This document shows, piece after piece, positions 18,602 to 28,491 of a stretch of 64,000 bases of DNA (its first letter is position 1; each line of letters starts with the position of its first letter). This DNA is from Chloroflexota bacterium (lineage in GTDB: Bacteria > Chloroflexota > UBA11872 > VXOZ01): contig OY760183.1 of the NCBI GenBank assembly GCA_963663275.1, forward strand, positions 2,400,001-2,464,000, given 5' to 3'. Position numbers and translations under genes: made by a program. Under the pieces are notes generated by a model. The model saw only the letters and a program-made list of their open reading frames with translations, was not told where the DNA came from and searched no databases.

Positions 18602-18783
18602 GGGCTTGTCCCCCGCTCTTCGTTTCACGTGAAAGACAATTAGGCAGTGCGCTCTCTGTACACCTGGCCGGATGCTCTTGTATTCTACAAATTCCGGTTT
18701 TCTCGCTGCGCTCGAAATGACATAGGAATTCGATAGGGTGCAAAGTGCAGCCATACGAGCGACGATACTGCGGCATCAAACGA

Positions 18784-18821
18784 ACGATCGCCCCCTCTCT
18801 GGCGAAGGAGGGGGCGATCGT
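18784..18821 (-). terminator. Hairpin downstream of SBP gene (putative terminator)
   Basis: ACGATCGCCCCCTC-loop-GAGGGGGCGATCGT 14-bp stem. Confidence 0.6.
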
Positions 18822-18852
18822 CCAATGGAAACTAGACCATCGAGAGCGCGCC

Positions 18853-20289
18853 CTAGCTCTTATTGGCGTAGTACTCGTCAATCATCGCCTGCATGATCTT
18901 ACCGGCGCTCTGCATGGCTTCCGGTACGGTCATCTCCTGGTTCCACGCCATGTTCATGTGGTCCAGGTAGACCCGGCGAATATCAACATAGTTGGGGTAG
19001 ATTTGCGTCATGAAGCCGTTGCCCTCGCCAATTGGCTCCGTGATTGGGGTCAATTCGCGGGGCGGACGAGCCTTCTGCGCCGCCAGGCGGGGGTCGTCCC
19101 ACGCCGACTTCACCACGGGCATGCCGTAATTGAGCAAGGTGGTGACGCCGACCTGCACCTCGAGGTCGGTGCTGATGAACTTTATCAGTTCCCACGTGGC
19201 GTCCGGAAACTTGGCGCCCGACCACATGTACTGCACCGGCGTGTAGCTTCCCACCGCGTTCGAGTTTTCGCTCGTGACGCTGTGGGCCGGGAAGCGCCGC
19301 GCCTTTACCGGCAATTCCTCGACGCCCGGCACGTTCCAGCCGGACTCAGTGTTGAACCACGTGTGGAATACCGCGGCGCGCTGGTGCACGAACGGTGAAT
19401 CACGCCGTTGTTCCGCCGGAATGGCGTCATTCAGCGCGGCGACGTCCTCCCTGGTCGGCTTCACACGGTACCTGAACTCAAGGTCGTACAGGAACTGAAT
19501 GACGTCGATGAACTCCGGTTCGTGCAGCCGGAAGCGGGCGTAGTCGTCACTGACGAAATTCGTGCCGTTTTGGATCAGCATCGTCGGCACTTCGGTGGTG
19601 GAATCATTGCGGCTATAGAATCCCCAAATGGGATTCTGATCGGCGCTGGAACGCTGGGTGATCTCACGGGCCGTCTCAAGCAATTCGCCGCCGTCACTGG
19701 GATTCCAGGATTTCGGCGGTTCGTTGATGCCGAACCTGTCGAGAAGGGCCGTGTTGTATATTTGGATAGTAGCGAGCACGCCGTAGGGGAACGTCCACAG
19801 CTTGCCTTCCGGGTCCTGCAGCCAATCGATTCCCACCACGTCGGCAAGCGCCGCCGCATCGCGCTGGACAAAGGGCGATAGGTCAGCGATATAGCCGGCG
19901 TCCCGATACTGGGGATAGCGGGTGGGTTCCGGCCCGAGGATGTCCGGCGACGACCCGGCAGCGAGCTCCACGACCTGCTTTTCCATGAGCGCCCGATACG
20001 CCATGGACTGCCAGTTGACCGTAATGTTGGGATGCAGTTCCTTGAAGGGACCGAGGACGAGATCCTCGAACGCCCCCGCGTTCTCATGTATGTTCACGAC
20101 CCAGTTAACGCTGACCGTCGCTTCTTCTACCGCGGGCATGTCGTCGGACTTGGGCGCCTCTTCCTCTGCCTCAGGCATAGCAGCCGGCGCCTGGGCTACG
20201 CCGCAGGCGGCAAACACGGCCATCGTCCCCGCGCCCGCCGTCGCTGCCAAGAGTCCGCGACGCGTGATGCTTGTTCGTTGTCCGGTCAT
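18853..20289 (-). CDS. Extracellular solute-binding protein (carbohydrate family 1-like), Tat lipoprotein
   Basis: TRRGLL twin-Arg, FAAC lipobox, FKELHPNITV, YNTALLDRFG; ATG 20289 after GGAGG. Confidence 0.85.
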   Translation of the reverse strand: MTGQRTSITRRGLLAATAGAGTMAVFAACGVAQAPAAMPEAEEEAPKSDDMPAVEEATVSVNWVVNIHENAGAFEDLVLGPFKELHPNITVNWQSMAYRALMEKQVVELAAGSSPDILGPEPTRYPQYRDAGYIADLSPFVQRDAAALADVVGIDWLQDPEGKLWTFPYGVLATIQIYNTALLDRFGINEPPKSWNPSDGGELLETAREITQRSSADQNPIWGFYSRNDSTTEVPTMLIQNGTNFVSDDYARFRLHEPEFIDVIQFLYDLEFRYRVKPTREDVAALNDAIPAEQRRDSPFVHQRAAVFHTWFNTESGWNVPGVEELPVKARRFPAHSVTSENSNAVGSYTPVQYMWSGAKFPDATWELIKFISTDLEVQVGVTTLLNYGMPVVKSAWDDPRLAAQKARPPRELTPITEPIGEGNGFMTQIYPNYVDIRRVYLDHMNMAWNQEMTVPEAMQSAGKIMQAMIDEYYANKS

Positions 20290-20453
20290 CTTTCGTTTCC
20301 TCCAGAAATGACTGCGAACCACACACGTGCGCCCGTGGCTGATCTATTTCACGTTCTTCGGGCGCAGATTGCTACTCCCCAACATTGACCTCCTTTCCAC
20401 CCAGCACTCGCTGGGCTTGGAATATTTTTAGCTAGGCTGTGTCAATTCTAAAC

Positions 20454-20483
20454 CAAGGGGCGATAATTGACAATCGCCCCTTG
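20454..20483 (-). terminator. Hairpin between the two SBP genes
   Basis: CAAGGGGCGAT-AATTGACA-ATCGCCCCTTG 11-bp stem 10 bp after the stop codon. Confidence 0.6.
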
Positions 20484-20492
20484 ATGACACCT

Positions 20493-21929
20493 CTACTCCT
20501 TACCGGCCCAATACTCGTCAATCACCGCCTGCGTGTGCTTGCTGGCGTTCTGCATGGCTTCCTCAACGGTGAGCTTGTGCTCCCACACCAGTTTCTTCTG
20601 CTCGTTGAAGAATCCCAAGTGCTCCCGCCAGCCGGGGAAGATTTGGGTGATAAAGCCGCGGCCTTCCCGCAGCGGCGTGGCAATGGCGTCAATTTCGCGG
20701 GGCGGACGCGATTTCGTCGCCACCAGACGGGGATCGTCCCACGCCTGTGCATTTGCCGACAGACCGTAGTTGAGCAGCGTCGTCACCGCCACACCGAACT
20801 CGATGTCCGACATGGCGAACTTCATGAACTCCCAGACGGCATCCGGGTGCTTTGCGCCGGACCACATGTATTGCACCGCGGTCCAACCGGCAACCTTATT
20901 GGAAGTTGGCCCTCCCTTGCTGTTCTCCAGCATGGGCACAGCCTTCATGGGCAGGTTTTCCACGTCCGGGTGGGTCCACCCGCTCTCGGCGTTGAACCAT
21001 GTATTGTTCATCGCCGCGCGCCCGTGCACGAAGAGCGCGTCGCGGTGCCGGCCCTCGCCCAAGGTCTCTCTGAACGCAGCCTTCTCTTCGGCGGTCGGGG
21101 CCACGCGGTACTTGAACTCCAGGTCGTACATGAACTGGATGGCCTCGATAAACTCGGGTTCGTGCATGGTTGCCCGCGTCAGGTCGTCGGAGAGGAAATT
21201 GCCGCCGTTCTGCACGACGTAGGTACTCAACTCGGTTGTGTAGTCGGCGCCAGTGTAAATTCCCCAGATCGGGTCCGGTTCGCTGCTGGACCTACTCGTT
21301 ATCTCCCGCGCGACGTCAATGTACTCGCCGCCGTCACTGGCATTCCACTGCCTTGGCGGCCCGCTGATCCCGTACTTGTCGAAGATGGACGTATTGTAGA
21401 TGTGGATGGTGCCGAGCGCCGTATAGGGCATGGACCAGAAGCGTCCCTGCGGGTCAACGATCCAATCGAGCGCCACGGTGTCTCCGAGTTGCCCCTGGTC
21501 GCGCTTGTAGAGGTCGGTGACTTCCCGCACAAACCCCTTGTCCGTCCACTCAATCCACCGTGTAGGATCGGGAGTGAGGATGTCGATGGCCTCGTTAGCG
21601 GCCAGTTCGGCCAGCATCTTGTCGTAATGCGCTCGGTACGGCGAACCCTCGTACGTGAGGTCGATGTCGGGGTGCATTTCCCGGAACCGGTTAATTACCC
21701 CGTCCTCGAACGCTTGCGCGTTCTCCGCGACGTTCACGATCCAGCGCACGTTGACCGTGGCCTGCTCCATCTTGGGGGTGTCTTCAGACTTTGGAGCGTC
21801 GTCATCAGATGCCGGCGCCGCGGTCGGAGCCTGGGCCACACCGCAGGCGGCAAGAAGGGCGGCCCCGCTGAAACCTGCTGCGCCGGCGAGAAAGCGCCGT
21901 CTGCTTAAGCTGCTGAATGTGCTACGCAT
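20493..21929 (-). CDS. Extracellular solute-binding protein, Tat lipoprotein (paralog of 18853-20289)
   Basis: SRRRFL, LAAC lipobox; long shared blocks with neighbour (FMYDLEFKYRV, TWFNAESGW, QYMWSGAK). Confidence 0.85.
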   Translation of the reverse strand: MRSTFSSLSRRRFLAGAAGFSGAALLAACGVAQAPTAAPASDDDAPKSEDTPKMEQATVNVRWIVNVAENAQAFEDGVINRFREMHPDIDLTYEGSPYRAHYDKMLAELAANEAIDILTPDPTRWIEWTDKGFVREVTDLYKRDQGQLGDTVALDWIVDPQGRFWSMPYTALGTIHIYNTSIFDKYGISGPPRQWNASDGGEYIDVAREITSRSSSEPDPIWGIYTGADYTTELSTYVVQNGGNFLSDDLTRATMHEPEFIEAIQFMYDLEFKYRVAPTAEEKAAFRETLGEGRHRDALFVHGRAAMNNTWFNAESGWTHPDVENLPMKAVPMLENSKGGPTSNKVAGWTAVQYMWSGAKHPDAVWEFMKFAMSDIEFGVAVTTLLNYGLSANAQAWDDPRLVATKSRPPREIDAIATPLREGRGFITQIFPGWREHLGFFNEQKKLVWEHKLTVEEAMQNASKHTQAVIDEYWAGKE

Positions 21930-22020
21930 GACTATCCTCCTGATGGGTCTCCTTCGCGTCCACTATTTCACGCCCCCCAAAGCGATTGAAGGCACGACCT
22001 CCTTTCCGTACTACGCCTGG

Positions 22021-22851
22021 CTAAGCGGGCGAGAGGGCTGCTCTGAATTCTTCCCCTGTGGCGGTAAGAGCGCCGCCGATTTCCAGCCAATGAATGAACG
22101 CTTTGGTCATTAGGTTCTCGTCGGTAGACCACGCCGTTTCCGAGGCGGCGGTACAGTCCCGCAGCACGATGGCGCGATAGCGGTTGCGGGTCTGCAAAAT
22201 GCCGCCGGGCTTCATGAGCAGGCAGAAATTCAAGAGAAAGCCGACGTAGATGAGGTTGAGGATTTTGCGTTCTGCAAGGAAACGCTCGATCTGCTGGGGC
22301 TGTGAGAAGAGGTGGTCGCGCGGGTCCGGTTTGACGCAGTCGGCAAAGTCGTAGTTCTCCCGGACCGCGCGCCACGGCTCCTCGTAGCCGGGGCCAAAGA
22401 CCGTGCTGTAGTAGTCGTCCAGCAGTTCCTGGCGGAACTCCAGCGGCGGCCAGTCGGGGGTGTCGCTGTCCGTTTGCGTCGGAGGCCCTGGAACTGGCGG
22501 GTCATACCCGGGATAGCGCGCCAGGATTTGAGGCGGTTCGTTGTGAATGACCGGCACGCCGGCTTCACGCGCCGCCTCCAGCACGGGCACAATTCCTTCT
22601 TCCATGATTGTGCCCGCTCGCTTTGCCACGCCGTGACCGCCCATGTAGTTGTACTCCCAGTACTTCTCCACACCGGGAATGACCGGCTCGCCGTCGCCGC
22701 CGAGGTTCCACATGTCTATGGCAATGACGGCCGTGTTTGCGGTATCGAGTTCTACGGTCTTGTGCACGTGGCCGTAGTTGCGGTCGTCGTACGCCTGCCC
22801 GGGCAGCGGATAGACCCGATAGGAGCGCACCGGCAATTGAAACGTGCCCAT
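22021..22851 (-). CDS. Isochorismatase/cysteine-hydrolase family protein
   Basis: TAVIAIDMW, LEAAREAGVPVIH, LIYVGFLLNFC, IVLRDCT. Confidence 0.8.
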   Translation of the reverse strand: MGTFQLPVRSYRVYPLPGQAYDDRNYGHVHKTVELDTANTAVIAIDMWNLGGDGEPVIPGVEKYWEYNYMGGHGVAKRAGTIMEEGIVPVLEAAREAGVPVIHNEPPQILARYPGYDPPVPGPPTQTDSDTPDWPPLEFRQELLDDYYSTVFGPGYEEPWRAVRENYDFADCVKPDPRDHLFSQPQQIERFLAERKILNLIYVGFLLNFCLLMKPGGILQTRNRYRAIVLRDCTAASETAWSTDENLMTKAFIHWLEIGGALTATGEEFRAALSPA

Positions 22852-22914
22852 CGCAAGACCTCTCGCCCGTTTACACTCTCACTGGACCCCATGTTCGCCC
22901 CATGCCCAGTATCG

Positions 22915-24210
22915 CTAGTAGGGCCGGTTGAACGGCACGGTAGCAGCGGCAACTTCCTCCGATACCCGTCCGGCGTCCCGCGCGCGGCGCAGTTCCAGCA
23001 GCGTATCCTCCACCGCTTCCAGCGTTTCCGCCACGTCGTCGTCGCTGTGGGCGTAGAGCACGTTGTTCCAACCGCCCTTGAGCAGCACGCCGCGTTTGGC
23101 AAGGCCGGCATAGAAGAACGACCCAGCGCCGGCGGGCAGCGGCTCATCGCCGGCAATGAAGCGAATGCCGAATAGCGCCGGCGGGCCGAAAGACTCCATG
23201 GGGATGCCCACGCGGTGAGACACTTCCTCTACACCGTCCATGACAGCCTGGGAAATGCGGTTGATGTGCCCGGCCACGTCTTCGTCGCGGCAGATCCGCA
23301 GGGTGGCGATGCCCGCCGCCAGAGAAAGCGTCTCACCGCCAAATGTCAGACTGATCAAGCAATCGGCGGTCTTTTCCATGATGTCGCGCCGGCCGGCCAC
23401 CGCGCCCAGCGACATGCCGTTGGCCATGCCCTTGGCGTAGGTGGCAATGTCCGGCTCCACGCCGTAGTATTCCTGCGCGCCGCCCAGAGCAAACCGATAG
23501 CCGGTCATGCACTCGTCGTAGATGACGAGCGCCCCATGCCTGTGCGCCAGCTCCTTAAGGTCTTGCAGGAAGCCCGGATCCGGTTCTTTGGCCGGTTCCG
23601 CGCAATCGAAGGAAACGGCGGCGACTTTGCCGTCGTTGAGCGCGAAGAGTTCTTCCAGATGGTTGAGATCATTGAAGCGGAATTGCTGGTTCAGGGTGTG
23701 GAACGCGGCCGGCATGCCGCCGTCGTTGCGCCAGTAGTTCCATTCGTCCGCCCAGCCGCGGTAGCCGTTATTCAGAACGATCTCGCGCTTGGTGTACGCG
23801 CGGGCAATGCGCGTGGCGCACAGATTCACGTCCACGCCGCCCTTGAGAAACCGCACCATCTCGGCGCACGGCACGGTCTCGATCACGAGCTTGGCGCATT
23901 CGATTTCCGGTGTGGAAGGGGTGCTGAACAGCATCCCTTTTGGGATTTGCTCCGCTACCGCCCGATCAACGTCAGGATGGCAATAGCCCAGCAAAACACC
24001 CCCGGAAGCGCCGTAGTAGTCGATGTAACTATTGCCGTTCACGTCCCAGAGCCGTGAGCCCTCGCCATGGGACATGAAAATGGGCATAGCGCCGTACAAG
24101 GCGGGATTAGGGCGCTTGCCTTTGGTCTGCGAGCCGCCGGGCATGAGCCGCACGGCCTCCTCGTAGAGTTCAACGGAGCGCGAAACGTCGAGCTTGGTGG
24201 CGCTAGCCAT
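22915..24210 (-). CDS. Class III PLP aminotransferase (GSA-aminomutase-like)
   Basis: GSRLWDVNGNSYIDY, LVIYDECMTGYR, PDIATYAKGMANG, TFGGETLS. Confidence 0.9.
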   Translation of the reverse strand: MASATKLDVSRSVELYEEAVRLMPGGSQTKGKRPNPALYGAMPIFMSHGEGSRLWDVNGNSYIDYYGASGGVLLGYCHPDVDRAVAEQIPKGMLFSTPSTPEIECAKLVIETVPCAEMVRFLKGGVDVNLCATRIARAYTKREIVLNNGYRGWADEWNYWRNDGGMPAAFHTLNQQFRFNDLNHLEELFALNDGKVAAVSFDCAEPAKEPDPGFLQDLKELAHRHGALVIYDECMTGYRFALGGAQEYYGVEPDIATYAKGMANGMSLGAVAGRRDIMEKTADCLISLTFGGETLSLAAGIATLRICRDEDVAGHINRISQAVMDGVEEVSHRVGIPMESFGPPALFGIRFIAGDEPLPAGAGSFFYAGLAKRGVLLKGGWNNVLYAHSDDDVAETLEAVEDTLLELRRARDAGRVSEEVAAATVPFNRPY

Positions 24211-24222
24211 GTGGCATTCCCC

Positions 24223-25053
24223 TTACAGTGCAAACAGCCGTTGAGCGTTAGCGGAGAGCATCAGTTCTCTCTCTCTAGCGGTGATCTCCGCGTGTTCGAT
24301 GCTGAGTTTGGCGGACTCTGGATAGAATATCGGGCAGTTCGTGCCAAAGAGCAGGTGGTCGGCGCCTACCTGCGCGCAGAGTTGCTCGATGTCGTCCACC
24401 GGGCCCTGCACGCGGGATACGTCGAAGTACAGGTTGTCCCGCTTGTACGCCCGCCGCCAGATGTCCGTGATGTGGCCATGGCGGCCCGTGCACACGAGAA
24501 AGCGCACGTCGGGAAAGGTGCAGATGGCTTCCACCGCATCCGTAGTGGTGACCGGCGGCACCTTCACGTGCCAGTGATGCCAACGCGAATCTTCCAGGGT
24601 CAGGGTGAGGAGCACCACGAGGTTGTTTGCCTTGGCGCATTCGAGCAGGGCCAAGGCGTTGCCGGTGAGCATGTGGTACTGGGCGTACGCTTCCAGGCTG
24701 GCGTCCATGACCCGCGTGGTGTGGGGTTCCAACAGCGTAAACTGGTGGTAGTTGGGATGAATGCGCAGGTTGCGCATTCCGAATTCCTCCAGGCAGCGCT
24801 GCAAGTCCAGCTCCCAGCACGGCATTGCCGAATTGATGGTATAGGCCGGTATGAGCCGGTCGGGATGCGCTTGCACGATGCCGCGCAACTCGCGGTTGCC
24901 CACCATCACGTCTTTGTAGAAGACGTTCTCCAGCCGCGAGACGACCGCCTTCTCGATGCCGAGGGCGTCCATCTTGCGCAGCAGCGCGTCGGGGGCCGCG
25001 TGATTGAGGCGGCGAAACGGCCACTCGCCAATGTATGCGTTTGCGTCAATCAT
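24223..25053 (-). CDS. Amidohydrolase_2-family protein (N-terminal HxH replaced by NAY)
   Basis: MIDANAYIG.WPFR, LRIHPNYH, YFDVS, LLFGTN, NAQRLF. Confidence 0.8.
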   Translation of the reverse strand: MIDANAYIGEWPFRRLNHAAPDALLRKMDALGIEKAVVSRLENVFYKDVMVGNRELRGIVQAHPDRLIPAYTINSAMPCWELDLQRCLEEFGMRNLRIHPNYHQFTLLEPHTTRVMDASLEAYAQYHMLTGNALALLECAKANNLVVLLTLTLEDSRWHHWHVKVPPVTTTDAVEAICTFPDVRFLVCTGRHGHITDIWRRAYKRDNLYFDVSRVQGPVDDIEQLCAQVGADHLLFGTNCPIFYPESAKLSIEHAEITARERELMLSANAQRLFAL

Positions 25054-25119
25054 GGGATCTGCCCTGGTTGATGTGCCTCACGTCGGCCCGGATGCAAGAC
25101 TGGTACTTTGTCTTTCTGC

Positions 25120-25191
25120 CCGTCATTCCCGTGAAAACGGGAAACCATCTTCTCTTTGGCCTCTGGACTCCGGCTTTCGCCGGAGTGACGG
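25120..25191. repeat. Palindromic repeat family C inverted pair
   Basis: CCGTCATTCCCGTGAAAACGGGAAACCA ... TGGACTCCGGCTTTCGCCGGAGTGACGG; relatives at about 40736 and 52785. Confidence 0.7.
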
Positions 25192-25209
25192 AAAACCTCT
25201 CGTAAACTC

Positions 25210-26040
25210 CTACCGCGCAGCCGCCTCCCGATGGCGATCGAATTGGCTCCAGGCGACCGACTGCCGGGAAAAGATGCCGTGGGCGTTCCGCCAGAAGATC
25301 AACTCTTTCTCTTCATCGGGAATGGCCGCGCCGTAGACCTTCGCCAGTTGGGACATGAACGAGCGCGGCGCGTTGAGGTCGCTGCCGTAGACCACGCGGT
25401 CCGCTCCGGCGTGCTCCACCAGGGTCTCGGTGTAGCCGTTGGTGGCGTCGCCGCCGCCGATGTCCATGAAGAGGTTCGGCACGCCCTGGGCGGCCTTGGC
25501 CCCGTACTCCATGTCGCTGCCGGAGTGGCCGAAGAAGAAGCTGACGTCGGGGTGCTTTAGCCCCGCCTCGCGCATGTCGAAGGGATTGGTCTCGCCGGGC
25601 ATATTGCCGGTCACCGCCATATACGTGTGCTGGAGCACCGGCAGTTTGTGTTCAGCAAGAAGAAGATAGATGCCTTCTAAACGCGAGTCATTGGCTTTCA
25701 CACCGGTCCAGAGCTTCGCGCCCTGATGGCCGTCCCAGGCCTTTACGCGGCGCTTAAGCTCAGTCTCCATTTCCTGCGGATGGTAGGGATTGAGATACCA
25801 CATGGGTATCACGCAGTCGGGGTTGGCGGAGGCTACCTTAAAGGTAAGGTCGTTGCAGGCGGAGACGTACTCCGGCGTGGGCAGCGTGGGGGGATAATTG
25901 TCGTTGGAGTTAAGCACATTGATGCAGAGGATGACGCCGTGCCGCCGCGCCTTGCGCAACGAGACCGTGATCTCGTGGTCGTTCTTGACGTGAGAATGTA
26001 CGTCAATAATCACCCGAGCCTCCTCCCCCAGCCGTCCCAC
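25210..26040 (-). CDS. Amidohydrolase_2-family metal-dependent hydrolase
   Basis: IIDVHSH, PVLQH, FGHSG, DRVVYGSD, IFWRNA. Confidence 0.85.
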   Translation of the reverse strand: MGRLGEEARVIIDVHSHVKNDHEITVSLRKARRHGVILCINVLNSNDNYPPTLPTPEYVSACNDLTFKVASANPDCVIPMWYLNPYHPQEMETELKRRVKAWDGHQGAKLWTGVKANDSRLEGIYLLLAEHKLPVLQHTYMAVTGNMPGETNPFDMREAGLKHPDVSFFFGHSGSDMEYGAKAAQGVPNLFMDIGGGDATNGYTETLVEHAGADRVVYGSDLNAPRSFMSQLAKVYGAAIPDEEKELIFWRNAHGIFSRQSVAWSQFDRHREAAAR

Positions 26041-26142
26041 TCACACGAACGCCTCGCCCCTAGCTTATATGTTCCTGTCATGCAAAGTCAATAAACTGCG
26101 GAATTAGTAGCACTAGACTTGGCAGCTATGCAGGACCGCGCT

Positions 26143-26223
26143 TCTGTCATTCCGAGCGGAGCGAGGAATCTAATCGTCCCCGCACACGAGATACTTCGTC
26201 GCTGCGCTCCTCAGAATGACAGA
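26143..26223. repeat. Palindromic repeat family D inverted pair
   Basis: TCTGTCATTCCGAGCGGAGCGAGGAATCT ... CTTCGTCGCTGCGCTCCTCAGAATGACAGA. Confidence 0.7.
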
Positions 26224-26314
26224 TAGAAAAGCCGCCTTGGGTGTTGCCGCGAGCAACTGTTCGTTTGCCTGCGCAATGTAAGTCCAAATCTACTAAGTCC
26301 GATAAACTGATTTG

Positions 26315-27358
26315 CTAGGCGCCGATATTGGCCAGCGCCGCCTCTATGCACGCAATTGCCGCTCTGTCCGCCTCCAAGGCGCTGCCAATGCAATCGCCCG
26401 CCCTGGCGCGGTTTGCTGAAGTCCATGCGCCCCGCTCGCAGGCCTCGTCGCAGAGTGCGTGCAGAGGATTCAGCGACTTCATTTCGTGAGCGTAGTGGCT
26501 TGCCGCCGCTTCAAGCTGTCTGCCGGCTACCGGGAAGACCGGGACGAGGTCGCGCAGATAGGCCGCGGCGGCGATACGCCGTGCCATGAGTATTTCGACG
26601 TGGTGATGGGAGGTATTGACGGGAACATCCTTCGACTCGAATGCCTTGCGCCAGAGTTCGTAGGCGGCGAAACCGTGGGGCGTTGTCCGCCGGTTGGCAT
26701 TGCGTTCGTCGTCCTCTGCAAACCTGGTCGCGTGCGCAATTGCTACCGCCGTTTGCAGCGCCTCCAGGTGCGTTGTCTTTTCATCCGCCGTGCTTGGGCG
26801 GCAATAGACCTTCATGTATATCGACTCTATCGCTTCAGACTGTCCCACCTCGTCGTAGCGAACGGAGTACGTTTGTTCGACAAAAGGGTGACGGATAGTG
26901 TACGTCTCTGCAGATTTGCTGTAACCGACGATGAGTCCCCAGCACACGCCGTGGTGGTGGCTTTCTCTCATCGCCCGGCTCATCGGAGACCAAACCAGCG
27001 TGGGAGCTCCGCGTTCCAGAGCGTCGCAGACGGCCGCTCTCGCCTCTCGCTTGAGCGGCGGAAAATCGACGTTCTCGTCGTTCTCATCGGCCATGAACGT
27101 ACGAAACTCTGCGATTCTTGGAAGGATATCCACGGCGGGGCCCCAGTCGAGGTGGTCGTGGTTGACGTGTCGGCCCCCCTCTTTCATATCGAACTGGAAC
27201 GCATGTCCCAAGACACCCTGAAGCCGTGCCATCGTCCACTCCGGGCGGCCGACGGCCCGCATTAGCGGACTAAGGCAGGATGCAAGGGTTGTGCCCTGGT
27301 GGGGCATCGAAGGGCTGACATCTACCATGACATTCATGGATTGGGCTTTGTTCGGCAT
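26315..27358 (-). CDS. Hypothetical protein, possible BtrH-like/papain-fold
   Basis: 347-aa ORF after AAGGA; TTLASCL, GVLGHAFQF, ALERGAP, CWGLIVGY, GFAAYELW. Confidence 0.6.
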   Translation of the reverse strand: MPNKAQSMNVMVDVSPSMPHQGTTLASCLSPLMRAVGRPEWTMARLQGVLGHAFQFDMKEGGRHVNHDHLDWGPAVDILPRIAEFRTFMADENDENVDFPPLKREARAAVCDALERGAPTLVWSPMSRAMRESHHHGVCWGLIVGYSKSAETYTIRHPFVEQTYSVRYDEVGQSEAIESIYMKVYCRPSTADEKTTHLEALQTAVAIAHATRFAEDDERNANRRTTPHGFAAYELWRKAFESKDVPVNTSHHHVEILMARRIAAAAYLRDLVPVFPVAGRQLEAAASHYAHEMKSLNPLHALCDEACERGAWTSANRARAGDCIGSALEADRAAIACIEAALANIGA

Positions 27359-27468
27359 ACTGCCTATCCTTCAATCAAGAGTCATTGGCTGCAATGCATG
27401 ACTGGAAAACCTGCGGATTCCTGCGGAGCCTTCCTGCTTTCCCAAGACTTCCCAATCTGGCACGATCT

Positions 27469-28491
27469 CTAGGAGTGGGAACGGGTGCGCGCCGGCAATT
27501 CCGGCGTCGCCGGTACCTGCTGCTGCGTTCCGCTGAACCCGGCCTCCGTGGCGCAGAGCGCGGCCTGCATGCTTTGCACCGCGTCCTGCGTGCTCACGAT
27601 AGGCGCGTGTCCCGCGCAGGCGGAGCGCACGAAATTGGAGAAGATGTCCCGTTGTTCGGGAAGGTCGATCAGCTCTTCCGATTCGTCCCAGCGGTAGAGC
27701 CACACCCGGTTGTCGTGGGTGATCTCCGCCTGCCCCTGTGTGCCCAGGATTTTGAGGCGGTTGTCCATGCGTCCGAGGCTTGGCGGCACCAGGCGGTGGT
27801 GTTCCATGACGGCGCTTACCCCTCCGTCCAAGCGGAAGAGCATCTGCCCGACGTTGTGGTAGTGGGGGTCGTCCGGGCGGCCTACGTTGCCTTCCGTACC
27901 GATGACGCTCTGATACTCGAGGCCCGTGATCCAGCGCACGATGTCGATGTCGTGGATGAGCAAGTCGAGCACCGGCCCGGCGGAGAGCCGCCGGTCGAAG
28001 AACCACTCCGGCCGCACGCCACGCCGCTCGGTGGCCGCGATGAGGGCGTAAGCCAGCGCCACCTCGCCGATTTGGCCGCTCCGCACCACGTCGCGCACGG
28101 CGCGATATACGGGGTTACCCCGCCGGCTGAAGAGTTGCCCGACGTGGAGAGAGGTGTTTTCCTGAAGGATTTCGATGACCCGGTCGAGTGCCTCTTGGCG
28201 CGAGACCATCGGCTTCTCCGCCAGCACCGGATAACCCGCTTCCAACGCCGCGATGACGGTCTCCCCTTGGTGAACCGGCAACTGAAAACTGGCAATCACG
28301 TCCAAGTCGTCCCGGGCCAAGAGTTCGTTATAGTCGTCATAGATGGCGGCCTGGTACTTTTCCGCCAGCGCCGCCCCTGGCTCGCCGGCGTTGGCGACCG
28401 CGGCCAGCGCAATCTCAGAGTCATTGTCCACCGCGCCGAACACGCGCTCGACGTGTTGCTCAAGTCCGATCAGACCCACACGGTACGTCAT
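27469..28491 (-). CDS. Gfo/Idh/MocA family oxidoreductase
   Basis: RVGLIG, ALEAGYPVLAEKP, GPVLDLLIHDID. Confidence 0.9.
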   Translation of the reverse strand: MTYRVGLIGLEQHVERVFGAVDNDSEIALAAVANAGEPGAALAEKYQAAIYDDYNELLARDDLDVIASFQLPVHQGETVIAALEAGYPVLAEKPMVSRQEALDRVIEILQENTSLHVGQLFSRRGNPVYRAVRDVVRSGQIGEVALAYALIAATERRGVRPEWFFDRRLSAGPVLDLLIHDIDIVRWITGLEYQSVIGTEGNVGRPDDPHYHNVGQMLFRLDGGVSAVMEHHRLVPPSLGRMDNRLKILGTQGQAEITHDNRVWLYRWDESEELIDLPEQRDIFSNFVRSACAGHAPIVSTQDAVQSMQAALCATEAGFSGTQQQVPATPELPARTRSHS

